The notes below the pieces were generated by a model. It was not told the origin of the DNA. It ran no database searches and worked only from the letters and a program-made list of their open reading frames with translations. A stretch of 32,000 bases of DNA from Candidatus Iainarchaeum sp. (GTDB lineage: Archaea; Iainarchaeota; Iainarchaeia; Iainarchaeales; GCA-2688035): contig JAQTNI010000002.1 of assembly GCA_028713935.1 (NCBI GenBank), positions 1 through 32,000 of the forward strand, written 5' to 3'. Numbering within the stretch: the stretch's first letter is position 1; every line of letters starts with the position of its first letter. A program made the translations under genes and the position numbers. This document shows, piece by piece, positions 1-7,958 of this stretch.

Positions 1-31
1 TTTTATCAATAAAATCGTTTGTATATTTCAT
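1..31 (-). CDS. 5' end of an unidentified CDS that runs out of the window
   Basis: Reverse-strand ATG at 31..29 is preceded by a strong Shine-Dalgarno (aaaaGGAGGagttccc-ATG). Only 10 codons (MKYTNDFIDK) lie inside the window, so no product can be assigned. Confidence 0.3.
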   Translation of the reverse strand, partial: MKYTNDFIDK

Positions 32-74
32 GGGAACTCCTCCTTTTGGGTTCTAACAAAAAGATGGAGTTCCC
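32..74 (-). promoter_or_regulatory. 5'-UTR hairpin able to sequester the ribosome-binding site of the gene starting at 31
   Basis: Perfect 9-nt inverted repeat GGGAACTCC (32..40) / GGAGTTCCC (66..74) with a 25-nt loop. On the minus-strand mRNA the 3' arm covers the last GGAG of the SD and abuts the ATG. Confidence 0.35.
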
Positions 75-160
75 ACTTAAAATAAAGCATTCAAAGTGGG
101 GACATATCCGATGTCACTAAACAATTAGGCTTTGTTTCTTTATAAACAAGCGCCTTACAA

Positions 161-305
161 AACAATATAACAAACCGTTTATATTTTTGAACTTTTTTTG
201 GCGGTTTGTTATATGCAACCTTGCAAAACAAAGTTTTGCGAGGCCTCACAAAGCCATGCTTTGTAAGGAAAGCAATTCAAATATTCAAATAATCAGGCTT
301 TTTGC
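161..305 (+). repeat. Copy 1 of a conserved ~140-nt noncoding, hairpin-rich element (candidate small RNA gene with its own TATA-like box)
   Basis: Bases 201..281 match the reverse complement of 21527..21606 with 1 substitution and 1 single-base indel (hand alignment); the flanks are ~80% identical. Structure: 13-bp stem 165..177/202..214 enclosing TTTATATT (178..185); hairpin 219..243 (CCTTGCAAAAC-AAA-GTTTTGCGAGG); hairpin 244..268 (CCTCACAAAGC-CAT-GCTTTGTAAGG); the element ends in GGCTTTTT. Confidence 0.85.
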
Positions 306-353
306 AATAGCGCAGGCTTTTTTATTTTTTGCTGCATTAATTTATAGGTTAAA

Positions 354-938
354 ATGGCTCTTGTTTTTGCAACAAACAATGATTTCAAGTTCAGGGAAAT
401 AAAAGCAATCCTTGAACCGCTTGGCATCAGCATCTGGCAGAAAAAAATAGATTTGTTTGAGCCAGACAGCAATTCCCCTGCGGAAATCGCATTGGAAAAG
501 GCAAGGCATGCTTTTTCAAAGCTGAAGCTTCCCCTGATAACTGAAGATACGGGAATTTTTTTTGAAGCATACAATAATTTTCCAGGAACAAAGCCGAAAA
601 GGATTTTTGAACAAATGGGCTTTCAAGGGTTGTTTGAAAAGCTGAAAGGCAGGCAGAGGCATGCGCATTTTCACACTGCAATCTGCTTAATGGATTATAA
701 TGACAATTACAAAATTTTTGAGGCAAAATGGCACGGCCAGATTGCAAAAGAAGTTATTCTTCCCGAAGCGGATAGAATGCCTTATGAAAAAATCTTTATT
801 CCCGAAGGAAAACAAATTGCGCTTTCACAAATGGGCTTTGAGGAAAAAAATTTGCTAAGCCACAGGGCAGAAGCCACAAGAAAACTGGCGCGTTTCCTGG
901 TTGAAAAACAGATTGCAAGCATAAAAAACCGCGGGTAA
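354..938 (+). CDS. Non-canonical purine NTP pyrophosphatase (HAM1/RdgB/ITPase family)
   Basis: 194 aa. The N-terminus VFATNNDFKFREIKAIL, the ITEDTGIFF motif, and the FIPEG...S..EKN..SHRAEA C-terminal motif are typical of ITPase/HAM1. Confidence 0.9.
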   Translation: MALVFATNNDFKFREIKAILEPLGISIWQKKIDLFEPDSNSPAEIALEKARHAFSKLKLPLITEDTGIFFEAYNNFPGTKPKRIFEQMGFQGLFEKLKGRQRHAHFHTAICLMDYNDNYKIFEAKWHGQIAKEVILPEADRMPYEKIFIPEGKQIALSQMGFEEKNLLSHRAEATRKLARFLVEKQIASIKNRG

Positions 939-1007
939 AAACAACAGCGGAAACCTGCTTGCAAAAACACTTTAATTTTCAAAGCTCTTTTTCTTTTTGT
1001 GTTTTGA

Positions 1008-1940
1008 ATGCCATTTGACCTTTTTGGATTGCATGACTCTTTGCAGGATAAAACTAATCGGGAGCTTATTCATGTTTATGCTGTAATCCCAAGATTCAGC
1101 AAAACAAGCTCTAGAAAAAACAAGATTGCGGCAGAAATAATTGACAAATTAAGGGCAATAAACAATAAACTGAATAAGCAAATTGGTTTCTGCTGGAAAG
1201 ACGAATGGTTTGATGGCATGCCAATAAAACTGAAAAAGGCCAGTTCTAAAGATTGGTTTATTGGCCGGTCTTCAATTCCTTTGATGGCAATAAAACAGCT
1301 TGCCCAATTCGACTGCCAAAAAGAACTGAATGAGATTTATGAAATTGCAGAATATTTTTGCAGCACTACCGGAAAAGTCTTTTGCATTCCAAAACAACTG
1401 GATGAAGATCTGGCGTATTTGGTCGGGGCAATTCTTGGTGATGGGCATTTGAGATTAAAAAATCTGGAGATTTATTTTTCCCAGAAAGAAGAAAAAGATG
1501 TTAAAAAATTTCAGGAAAAATATAACCGCGTTTTTTGCACGGATGCCACTTGCAAGAAGCGAACCCCCAAAAACAAAGGCACAGAGTTTTATTTAAAGCA
1601 GAGTTGCAAGCCCATTGTAAGGTTTTTGGAAAGATTTTTTGAAATTCCAAGGGGCAAAAAATCGCACATTATTAAAGTTCCAGAAGTAATAAAAAATTCA
1701 GAAAAGAGAATAAAACTTGCTTTTTTGGAAGGTGTTTTTGATACAGATGGCTGCATTAGAAAAAAAGGTTTCCGGCTTACAACTGCTTCCCTAGAATTCA
1801 GGAACGATTTGTGCGTACTTCTCAAATCTCTCGGCGAAAAAGGGTATGTTGATGAATGGATAAACAAGAAATACCATAAAAAATACTATGGGTTGCAATA
1901 TTCTGTAAGAAACATTGATTTTATCGCGGGGATCGGATAG
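1008..1940 (+). CDS. Free-standing LAGLIDADG-family homing endonuclease-like protein
   Basis: 310 aa with two LAGLIDADG motifs (LAYLVGAILGDGHL and LAFLEGVFDTDGCI) about 100 aa apart. There is no Cys/Ser1 and no His-Asn, so it is not an intein. The last 5 codons and the stop (1938..1940) lie inside tRNA-Leu. Confidence 0.8.
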   Translation: MPFDLFGLHDSLQDKTNRELIHVYAVIPRFSKTSSRKNKIAAEIIDKLRAINNKLNKQIGFCWKDEWFDGMPIKLKKASSKDWFIGRSSIPLMAIKQLAQFDCQKELNEIYEIAEYFCSTTGKVFCIPKQLDEDLAYLVGAILGDGHLRLKNLEIYFSQKEEKDVKKFQEKYNRVFCTDATCKKRTPKNKGTEFYLKQSCKPIVRFLERFFEIPRGKKSHIIKVPEVIKNSEKRIKLAFLEGVFDTDGCIRKKGFRLTTASLEFRNDLCVLLKSLGEKGYVDEWINKKYHKKYYGLQYSVRNIDFIAGIG

Positions 1941-2008
1941 TGGCAATTCCGCTGCCCTTAGGAGGCAGTGCCTTAGTGGCTACGGGGGTTCGAGTCCTCC
2001 TCCCCGCA
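1926..2008 (+). tRNA. tRNA-Leu (anticodon UAG), type II with long variable arm
   Basis: Acceptor GCGGGGA/TCCCCGC. Anticodon stem CTGCC/GGCAG with loop CTTAGGA. 15-nt variable arm (GCC-TTAGT-GGC). T arm GGGGG-TTCGAGT-CCTCC. Discriminator A. No encoded CCA. Confidence 0.93.
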
Positions 2009-2072
2009 TCAAACAAATGCGTTCGACTGTTCGAATCCGTACTCGTGCATTAAAAATTTTTGGGAATTTTTT

Positions 2073-2156
2073 ATGCAAAAAAAATTTGTTGAAATTGCTT
2101 ATTTTGTCCATGGAACCACAACTGACAATGAGAAAGGCCTTTTAACTGGCTGGTGA
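2073..2156 (+). pseudogene. Possible truncated N-terminal remnant of a histidine-phosphatase (phosphoglycerate-mutase-like) gene
   Basis: A 27-codon ORF (MQKKFVEIAYFVHGTTTDNEKGLLTGW*) carries the family N-terminal pattern HGxTxxN...GW, with V in place of the catalytic Arg. It stops 29 nt before the 3' end of the opposite-strand ORF 2185..2793. No continuation was seen in the two other forward reading frames. Confidence 0.25.
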
Positions 2157-2184
2157 TGGCTTTTTGGTGATGATAAGTTGCATA

Positions 2185-2793
2185 CTATTTTCCTCGTTGC
2201 ATTCTTTTTTGTGATTTTCGTTGTTTCCTGCGAAATGAAGCAGCGCGATTGCGCAGGTTGTTATCCATTTTCCCCAAACATTGTTTGGAATAAAGATAAC
2301 CTATGCTCAATTCTGGAATCCTTTTGATTCTCCTAAAGGCAATATTCAATGCACGCGAGAGATTCTTGGCTTCTTTTTCTATGCAATCTCTCGGTCCCCA
2401 CCATTCGCCAAAAGCGCTACCACGAAAAAGACTGCGGTCGATTTGAAATCCCCCCCGGGCAATCTCCTGGCGCAATTGGGAAGGATGAATGGCGTCGGTT
2501 TCGACCAACAAGCGGTCGCCAAGCAGCGAACTAGCAAAATCAATAATTGCTTCTGCCTTTTGGTTAATCCAGCACGAATTTTTGTCTGGCAAAACCGGTT
2601 CTCCGCACTTGACAATAACCATCAAGGAATTTGGGTTTTTTGCAACATCCACAATTTTTTTTCCCCAAAGCGCGGCCAAAAATTGTAACTGTTTCCGCCG
2701 CTGGACATTCAAGGGCATTTGGCGGTCTCCGCGCGACAACGAATAAAAAGGATGCACCAGCAAAAAAACCTCAGAAATCCTTTTGGCTGACAT
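2185..2793 (-). CDS. Hypothetical protein with Lys/Arg-rich C-terminal tail (orphan E)
   Basis: 202-aa ATG-initiated ORF. The region is locally more GC-rich: five other ORFs of 60+ aa overlap it on both strands. C-terminus: RNRAASFRRKQRKSQKRMQRGK. Motifs LLVHPFY and AIHPSQL. No family recognised. Confidence 0.6.
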   Translation of the reverse strand: MSAKRISEVFLLVHPFYSLSRGDRQMPLNVQRRKQLQFLAALWGKKIVDVAKNPNSLMVIVKCGEPVLPDKNSCWINQKAEAIIDFASSLLGDRLLVETDAIHPSQLRQEIARGGFQIDRSLFRGSAFGEWWGPRDCIEKEAKNLSRALNIAFRRIKRIPELSIGYLYSKQCLGKMDNNLRNRAASFRRKQRKSQKRMQRGK

Positions 2794-2973
2794 TTGTATC
2801 CGACCTATTTGTTTTACAGAATCCTATAAAGAATGATTAAAAAAAGCCAGACACAAAATCACAATTTGCGCTGCAGTATCGCGGTCGGCAGCAAATTCGA
2901 GCCTTCAAGCAGCCAAAAGAATGGAAGCCTGGCTGGCAATACAAATTGGAAAAATAATTTTTTTTGTTGCCTT

Positions 2974-3354
2974 TTATTCCACGAAGCTGATTTTCATTGT
3001 AAGGCCGCTGTCTGCTGTTCCCCTGACGAATGTGCAGGTTCTTGGCTGTTTTTCCTGTATTGTTACTGTCATTCTGCCGTACATGTCTCCGAAGCTTAAT
3101 TTGTATTCGCCTGCTGCGTGCACAATTGGCACGTTTTCAAAGCTTTGGTTTTTGGAATTTTTTCCCTGTACAATGTCAAGGACTGCTGTGCGCAGGTTTC
3201 CTTCCATGTCAACTATTTTGCAGTTTTTGATTTTGTTTTCTTCCATTGCGCTTTTTAATGAAGGCACTATTTCTTCTCCGCCCTCAAAAGAAAGTGTAAG
3301 ATTCTTTTTTTCACCTTTTGGTTTCCAGAATTCGGAAGCCGCATGCAAACCCAT
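2974..3354 (-). CDS. PPC/DUF296-like (PCC1-type DNA-binding fold) protein
   Basis: 126 aa from the ATG at 3354 (the ORF track starts at a GTG at 3363). The overall pattern (EI.PSL..A.EEN.I....I....G.L....L......, then a late HAAG.. segment followed by G.L) resembles the DUF296/PPC domain. By-eye assignment only. Confidence 0.5.
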   Translation of the reverse strand: MGLHAASEFWKPKGEKKNLTLSFEGGEEIVPSLKSAMEENKIKNCKIVDMEGNLRTAVLDIVQGKNSKNQSFENVPIVHAAGEYKLSFGDMYGRMTVTIQEKQPRTCTFVRGTADSGLTMKISFVE

Positions 3355-3437
3355 AAAAAACACCCCTTATTATAAAAACAGTTAAAAGGTTATGAAAGAA
3401 AAAGTATTTTAAAGCAACGCTCAGGCGGGTTTTTGCC

Positions 3438-4475
3438 CTAATGGCTTCTTCTGATCAGGTTTCCAAAGTTCAGGCCTAAGCCTTTAGAAGGCTTTTTTTC
3501 AGGTTGTTTTTCAAAAGACCATTTTCCCTGTTTCTGGTCATCAGTGTTTCCCTGCATTGCCCCGCTTCCAAGAACTCCCTGGTCTTCATGGTAAGGCCTT
3601 AAGCCAGAGCCGAAACTAATGCCTTTTTCTTTTGCAATTCTGAAAACAAGAAAAACCGCTATTATTGCGAGTATTCCCGCAAAAATCCAGAGAATTAACC
3701 CCGATTGCCCAATTGAAAAAAATCCAGTGGGCGCGCTTGCCTGTTCTTTGTTTGAATCAATTCCTGCTGCTGTTTCTGCTTCTTGTGCCGGCTGTGTGGG
3801 CTGGCTGTTGGGCGCGCTTTGCTCTTGGTTTCCTTTCACTACTGAAGGGTTTTGCCTTAATGCTTCAATGTCGGAAATCAGCAAGCCAAGTTCTCCGTCA
3901 ATTTTGGAAATTTTTTCGTTTAATGCGTCAATTGCAGAGGAAATTTCTGAAATTTTTTGCTCTGTTCCGGCTTTTGAAGCCTGCAAATCTGCTGCGTCGC
4001 TTTTCAATTTGTTTATTTCCACTGCAAAAGAGTTTATGCTTTCTTTCAGGGAATCAAGGCTGCTCTGCACTTCTGTTTTGTAGGCAGAGTCAAGTGAATT
4101 TGAAACAATTATTTTTGCGGAAACAGAATCTGTTTGCTGCCCTGCTGAAAACAAGTTTGCTTTCAGGTTGTGTTCTCCTTCTGAAACTCCAGCCATTGAT
4201 GCGAAAACCTTGTTTCCGGAAATTGAAATGTTCAGGACAAGGCTGTTGTCAGTGGAATTCGGGGCAAGGAGCAATGCTGAATTGTAAGTGAAAATTGTTG
4301 CCAGTGGCTTTTCATCCAGAAAGAATTTTGCCTCATTGAAATTAAAATTTTCAAAATCTGCCACAAAGCTCCAGTTCACGCTTGCGGGGATTTCCTGTGG
4401 TGCGCTTAAAGAAACAGCATTCGCAATTCCCGCAAAGGCAAAGAGCAGAAACAGGAGCAAGGCAATTTTTTTCAT
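3438..4475 (-). CDS. Cell-surface protein: signal peptide, coiled-coil/low-complexity ectodomain, C-terminal TM anchor
   Basis: Start taken at MKKIALLLFLLFAFAGIANA (ATG 4475). Heptad-like S/E/K/L-rich centre, a Q/P/A-rich linker, a TM segment LILWIFAGILAIIAVFLVF, then a charged tail. Confidence 0.75.
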   Translation of the reverse strand: MKKIALLLFLLFAFAGIANAVSLSAPQEIPASVNWSFVADFENFNFNEAKFFLDEKPLATIFTYNSALLLAPNSTDNSLVLNISISGNKVFASMAGVSEGEHNLKANLFSAGQQTDSVSAKIIVSNSLDSAYKTEVQSSLDSLKESINSFAVEINKLKSDAADLQASKAGTEQKISEISSAIDALNEKISKIDGELGLLISDIEALRQNPSVVKGNQEQSAPNSQPTQPAQEAETAAGIDSNKEQASAPTGFFSIGQSGLILWIFAGILAIIAVFLVFRIAKEKGISFGSGLRPYHEDQGVLGSGAMQGNTDDQKQGKWSFEKQPEKKPSKGLGLNFGNLIRRSH

Positions 4476-4551
4476 TTGAACCAGTATTATTACCCCATAA
4501 TTCTTATTTAAATATTGCGCCACAGGTTTTTCTTAGTGCCAATACATAAAT

Positions 4552-4626
4552 GGGCGAGTGGTCTAGCTGGTCCATGATGCCGCCTTCACACGGCGGAGGT
4601 CGGGAGTTCAAATCTCCCCTTGCCCA
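4552..4626 (+). tRNA. tRNA-Val (anticodon CAC)
   Basis: Acceptor GGGCGAG/CTTGCCC (one G:U). D arm GTCT-AGCTGGTCC-.GAT. Anticodon stem CCGCC/GGCGG with loop TTCACAC. T arm GGGAG-TTCAAAT-CTCCC. Discriminator A. Confidence 0.95.
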
Positions 4627-4662
4627 CTTACTGTAATTTGAATCATAGGAACTGTGTTGTTT

Positions 4663-7026
4663 ATGCGGAAAAAAAATTTTTTGTTGTTTTTTCTTGTTGT
4701 TTTTGCAGTGGTTTCCTTTTCTTGGATGATAAGCACGCAATGGGGGGCTTTTTTTTCTCCTGACTATTCAACAAGCCTTGCGCTTCTGGAATTTGACAAG
4801 GCAGTTGAAGAAGGAGGGCAGAGCTGTTTTTCACTGCAGGTAGAATCAAATTTCGGGAAGGAAATGCTGCAGGATTTTTCAATTATTGCAAATGACAGTG
4901 TTGCCCTGAGAAAACAGGTTGATGTTTCAAAAAATCCTCTTCTGAAAGAATGTGTGCCTGCATCTTACCTTGCCAAAGAAGATAATTTTGTCCAGGTTTT
5001 TTTGGGCTCTGAAAGGGTTTTTTACCATGCAGCAAAAGTCCAGGAAATTGGAAAAAGAGTTCCGCAGGTTTCAATTGAATATTTGCAGGATGGCCTGCTT
5101 GGAATAAAAATAAGCGGGAACAATAATTCAAAATTTGCCCCTGTTTCTGTTTTTGTGAACGGCAGGCTTGACCATGGCTTTTATTTTTCAGGGGAAAATT
5201 TTGACGGAAAAGAAAAAATTTCTTTGGAAGGGGGGGCAAATTCAATAAGGGTTTCTTTTCAGGGAGTGGAAAAAGAAATTTCTGCGGAAAAAGCCCCTGG
5301 CTTCAGCATGAGCCCTTTTTTGGGAATTGCAATAATCGCGTTTCTTCTTTGCGTGCTCGCATGCCTGGTTTTTTTTGAAAACAATTTGTTTGAAAAACTT
5401 GCTTTTTCTATTTTGGGGCTGTTTTCAATAATCTGCATTGTTTTTTTCTCGCTGAATATTCTTGGCCTGCTTTCGGCTTTTAATTTTTCACTTGCAATTG
5501 CAATTATTGCATTGGCACTCGGATTTTTTTTCAGGAAAAACCTTGCAAAAGCCTCTGCCCTTGAAATCAACTGGTTTAAGGCTGCAAAAAAGGTTTCGCC
5601 GCTTTTAATCCTGCTTTTGTGCATAATTCTTTTTTCCTCTTTTTTCTTCAATCTTTTTACACCGACTTATTTTGGAGTCTGGACAAGCTTTTATGAAAGG
5701 CAGTCAAGGACAATAATGGAAACCCAGGCAATTCCCACAATTGACCCTTATAGTTTTTTGGGAACAAAGCCTTTTGGCTATATGAGCGGTTATTTTTTTG
5801 CAAATCCCGGAATTTCTTGGATTACAGGGCTTGATACGCAGCAGAGCTATGCAATAATAATGCTGCTTGCCCAGCTTTCTTTTTTGGGCGCAAGCTATCT
5901 ATTTTTCAGTTCCTTTGGAATAGGAAAAAAGGCCTATATTGGAGTGCTTGCTGTTTTGTTCGGCGGATTCATGTTTTCAGATTTCAGCTTTAACATCAGG
6001 CATGTTGCCAGCTATTCTTTCCTTTTCATAAGCATGTATTTTTTGAGAAAAGGAAAAGGCATTGCAAGCGGAGTTGCACTTGGCTTCGGGACTTTTTTCC
6101 AGACTCCAATTGCAATAATGTACCTGTTCATGCTGCCAGTAATAGTGACTGAAAAGAAAACACTGAAGGAAATTGCAAAAGCAATTGCTGTCGGGGCATT
6201 GATTGCAGGGATTTTCTTTGCCCCCACCCTGATTTCAAGTGGCATTCCTTCTCAGGCAAAATCCAATGTCTGGGGCTATTTCTGGAGCATTCCCCTTTAT
6301 GGTTTCCTGCTTGATTATTACCCGATGCTTGTCCTTGTAGGCTTGTTCATATTGCCTTTTTTGCTATTAAAAAAAATTGGCCTTGGCAAATACCATTTGA
6401 GAATAATTCTTTTCCTATTGCTTTTCCTTGCAATCCAACTGGCAATTTCCTACAGAATCAACATTGTTGCGACAATTACTTTTGCATTGCTGGTTTCCCT
6501 GCTTTTCCCGGCTGATTTTTTGAAGGAACGCCTTGGAGAGTACAGCATTGCCTCTTTTTTTGCAGTTGCTTACACAGTGATGTTTGTAGTGATTCTTGCC
6601 TTTTATCCCATAATCCCAGCTGTTTCGAATTCCTTTGTGTTTGTAAATGGCAATTCTTCCACAAATTCCAATATTCTCAATGAGCCTTATCTTGGGCATC
6701 CCATGATTTATTTTACAGAGAGGAAAAGCAGTGCCGACCTTGCAGTTGAATATGCAAATGCTGCAATGATTGATGACAGCTACAAATTTCTCAAGGACCA
6801 GGACAAAAGCATCTTGGAAAAATATGATATTGATTATGTTGTCAACCGCTCAATGTTCTTGGATGAAAAGCCAGTTGGGGACAATTTGTATTCAAGGAAA
6901 ATTGAATTTGAATTCTTGGACAAAATTTATGCAAACAGCCTTGTGTATGCGCATTGGGTTGACAAAAGCCTTTTCTTGGAAAGAAAAGCCTTGGGAAAAG
7001 AATCTTTTGCTTCGCAAAAGAATTGA
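4663..7026 (+). CDS. Large polytopic membrane protein (possible GT-C-type glycosyltransferase; function uncertain)
   Basis: About 787 aa from the ATG at 4663 (a GTG at 4654 is also in frame). Layout: N-terminal TM, ~200-aa ectodomain, more than 12 hydrophobic spans, ~130-aa soluble C-terminal domain. No WWDYG motif, so it is not called AglB/STT3. Confidence 0.7.
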   Translation: MRKKNFLLFFLVVFAVVSFSWMISTQWGAFFSPDYSTSLALLEFDKAVEEGGQSCFSLQVESNFGKEMLQDFSIIANDSVALRKQVDVSKNPLLKECVPASYLAKEDNFVQVFLGSERVFYHAAKVQEIGKRVPQVSIEYLQDGLLGIKISGNNNSKFAPVSVFVNGRLDHGFYFSGENFDGKEKISLEGGANSIRVSFQGVEKEISAEKAPGFSMSPFLGIAIIAFLLCVLACLVFFENNLFEKLAFSILGLFSIICIVFFSLNILGLLSAFNFSLAIAIIALALGFFFRKNLAKASALEINWFKAAKKVSPLLILLLCIILFSSFFFNLFTPTYFGVWTSFYERQSRTIMETQAIPTIDPYSFLGTKPFGYMSGYFFANPGISWITGLDTQQSYAIIMLLAQLSFLGASYLFFSSFGIGKKAYIGVLAVLFGGFMFSDFSFNIRHVASYSFLFISMYFLRKGKGIASGVALGFGTFFQTPIAIMYLFMLPVIVTEKKTLKEIAKAIAVGALIAGIFFAPTLISSGIPSQAKSNVWGYFWSIPLYGFLLDYYPMLVLVGLFILPFLLLKKIGLGKYHLRIILFLLLFLAIQLAISYRINIVATITFALLVSLLFPADFLKERLGEYSIASFFAVAYTVMFVVILAFYPIIPAVSNSFVFVNGNSSTNSNILNEPYLGHPMIYFTERKSSADLAVEYANAAMIDDSYKFLKDQDKSILEKYDIDYVVNRSMFLDEKPVGDNLYSRKIEFEFLDKIYANSLVYAHWVDKSLFLERKALGKESFASQKN

Positions 7027-7053
7027 CTTATAAAAGCCTGCTGGTGATTTGTA

Positions 7054-7515
7054 ATGAAAAAGTTCATGAAGCTCGCGCTTAAAGAGGCTTATGCAGGCAT
7101 GCGCTCTGGCAATGGAGGGCCTTTCGGGGCAGTGATTGTAAGAAAAGGAAAAGTGATTGCAAAAGCGCACAACAAAGTTTTTTCAACAGGCGACCCGACT
7201 GCCCATGCAGAAATTGTTGCAATAAGAAAGGCTTCCGCAAAACTGAAAAGGCTTGACCTGTCTTATTGCGAGATTTATTCTTCCTGCGAACCCTGCCCGA
7301 TGTGCTATTCTGCTGCCCGCTGGGCAAAAATAAAAAAAATTTTTTTTGGGTGCATTTCAAGCGACGCGGAAAAAATCGGTTTTGGTGATAATGGCATTTA
7401 CAATGAGCTAAGGGGAAAGTCAAAAAAGAAAATAATTGAAAAACAAATTTTCAGGAAAGAATGCCTTGCGGTTTTTGAAGAATGGAAAAATAAAAAAGGC
7501 AAAAAAATATATTGA
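7054..7515 (+). CDS. guaD: Guanine deaminase (CDA-fold, GuaD type)
   Basis: 153 aa. NGGPFGAVIV, the zinc motifs HAE(I) and CEPCPMC, and the C-terminal FGDNGIY..L segment closely resemble Bacillus subtilis GuaD rather than TadA. Confidence 0.88.
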   Translation: MKKFMKLALKEAYAGMRSGNGGPFGAVIVRKGKVIAKAHNKVFSTGDPTAHAEIVAIRKASAKLKRLDLSYCEIYSSCEPCPMCYSAARWAKIKKIFFGCISSDAEKIGFGDNGIYNELRGKSKKKIIEKQIFRKECLAVFEEWKNKKGKKIY

Positions 7516-7523
7516 CAACCGTT

Positions 7524-7958
7524 TCATTGCTTGAATGGGTTTATTGTTTTAATCCATTTTATTTTTTTGAAATCCTTTTCATTTTCCGTTATTATTGTTT
7601 CAATCTTGTTTTCTTCCATTGTTGCAACAATGAGTGCGTCCCAAAAATGAATTTTGTAAATTTCCTGGCAGTTTATCGCGTTGATTATTGTTTTCTCGTT
7701 GTATTTTAATATTTGAAAAACTTGGCTCAAATCAATTATTGCCTGTTTGGCATTATCTGGCAGCAAAGGCATCCTCGCTTTTTTAGTTAAGCCATAATAG
7801 CATTCTGCGAGGTTCTGAATGCTTAGCGCACCAAGTCTTTTTCTCCAAACAGACTCTATGATTTCCATTGCGGCTTTTTGCTTATGGATATCGCTTTTGT
7901 CATAAGCATAAATCAGTATGTTTGAATCAACGAGCTTTATTTCAGAATTTTCTGTCAT
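7524..7958 (-). CDS. vapC: PIN-domain ribonuclease toxin VapC
   Basis: Start at MTENSEIKLVDSNILIYAYD (ATG 7958). The acidic PIN residues are present (D in VDSN, E in MEIIE, D in FWDAL). It overlaps the upstream antitoxin gene by 17 nt. Confidence 0.85.
   Translation of the reverse strand: MTENSEIKLVDSNILIYAYDKSDIHKQKAAMEIIESVWRKRLGALSIQNLAECYYGLTKKARMPLLPDNAKQAIIDLSQVFQILKYNEKTIINAINCQEIYKIHFWDALIVATMEENKIETIITENEKDFKKIKWIKTINPFKQ

Noticed and set aside
187-402. 71-aa ORF over repeat copy 1, and its counterpart 21414..21605 over copy 2, as a conserved small protein
   Set aside because: The shared peptide (RFVI.NLAKQSFARPHKA) ends exactly at a 1-nt indel, after which the DNA remains identical but the frames differ. 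The conservation is at nucleotide level, so these are treated as noncoding.
2025-2049. tRNA 3'-half-like segment (GACTG-TTCGAAT-CCGTA-CTCGTGC-A) downstream of tRNA-Leu, considered as a split or permuted tRNA half or an att-site duplicate
   Set aside because: Only 3 of 5 T-stem pairs form. I saw no matching 5' half in the window outside a coding sequence. It matches the tRNA-Leu 3' end at only about 15 of 25 positions. It is mentioned only as possible decayed tRNA debris.
2167-2173. GTGATGA C-box-like heptamer (a second one, ATGATGA, lies near 16699), considered for box C/D sRNAs
   Set aside because: No CTGA D box and no C'/D' pair lie at appropriate spacing, and both sites lie within or abut coding ORFs.
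2281-2840. Several overlapping 60-135-aa ORFs on both strands inside and next to ORF 2185..2793
   Set aside because: They are all shorter than the minus-strand 202-aa ORF and are nested in it or overlap it, with no recognisable motifs. They are most simply a by-product of fewer stop codons in a GC-richer stretch.
4663-7026. Annotating the 787-aa polytopic membrane protein as the oligosaccharyltransferase AglB/STT3
   Set aside because: No WWDYG motif or recognisable DK/MI motif was seen in the C-terminal part. Only a generic GT-C-like topology can be supported.
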